Origin: an uncultured Gammaproteobacteria bacterium
GTDB taxonomy: Bacteria > Patescibacteriota > Patescibacteriia > S139-126
Length of the DNA: 64,000 nt
Assembly (NCBI GenBank): GCA_964493305.1
Contig: CAZBLW010000001.1
Span: 177,484 to 241,483, forward strand
Direction of reading: 5' to 3'
Shown: in pieces, positions 63,960 to 64,000 of the stretch
Layout of the letters: each line of letters opens with the position of its first letter
How positions within the stretch are numbered: position 1 is the first letter of the stretch
The notes under the pieces: model-generated
What the model was told of the DNA's origin: nothing
Database searches by the model: none
The model's input: only the letters and a program-made list of their open reading frames with translations
Position numbers and translations under genes: made by a program

Positions 63960-64000
63960 AAAATTATTTTAGCTAATCTAAAAGAATCTGTCCTTAAGCA

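Overview
This is a low-GC (roughly 35%), gene-dense bacterial window. Gene content and synteny look like a small-genome Gram-positive-like or Patescibacteria (CPR)-type organism; that is an inference from rpsU-yqeY and ybeY-dgkA adjacency, a short Rel lacking the ACT domain, and a giant surface protein. I could not run any searches; all calls come from reading the sequence and translations.

Most of the window is ordinary housekeeping. It opens inside a sigma-70 gene (rpoD, 5' end missing) and then carries deoD, rlmN, mgtE, an M23 peptidase, mscS, a riboflavin kinase, uppS, parA-parB, rel, rpmB, topA, dprA, mfd, pth, der, an LCP-family protein, lepB, hisS, rpsU-yqeY, ybeY-dgkA and ftsA-ftsZ. 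A tRNA cluster (Leu-CAA, initiator Met, Met/Ile2-CAU) and a tRNA-Val(CAC) are also present.

The regions that stand out:
1. A tRNA-Asn(GUU) on the minus strand (3943..4567) is split between anticodon positions 35 and 36 by a 549-nt group I intron. I can see the P1 guide pairing, P7 R/S-like elements and a terminal G. An HNH homing endonuclease ORF sits in the P1 loop.
2. Next to that tRNA is a 20-bp direct repeat of its 3' end, which looks like an attachment-site scar. There are also inverted pseudo-fragments of tRNA-Asn flanked by 15-bp direct repeats.
3. A copper-homeostasis operon csoR-(HMA-fused permease)-copZ-copA lies behind a TTGACA/TAATAT promoter. A palindromic CsoR-type operator overlaps the -10. 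A thioredoxin-CcdA fusion is upstream and a cytochrome b5-like lipoprotein is immediately downstream.
4. A candidate surface system spans 49965..60504. It starts with an 8.0-kb gene for a 2673-aa surface protein. That protein has an N-terminal two-helix pilin-like membrane anchor, Cys-rich modules, six tandem ~87-aa repeats (copies 1 and 2 are about 90% identical at nucleotide level), an FN3 domain and a Cys-containing C-terminal domain. It is followed directly by three paralogous membrane-anchored proteins carrying thrombospondin-type-3-like DxDxDG calcium-binding repeats.
5. A candidate ~175-nt sRNA (43175..43351) has its own promoter, a ~30-bp closing helix and a terminator.
6. Smaller observations: dispersed AT-rich intergenic repeat families, duplicated promoter-leader modules at 5338 and 15168, a nested perfect inverted repeat at 27038..27110, and an unannotated 47-aa basic ORF (23866..24012).
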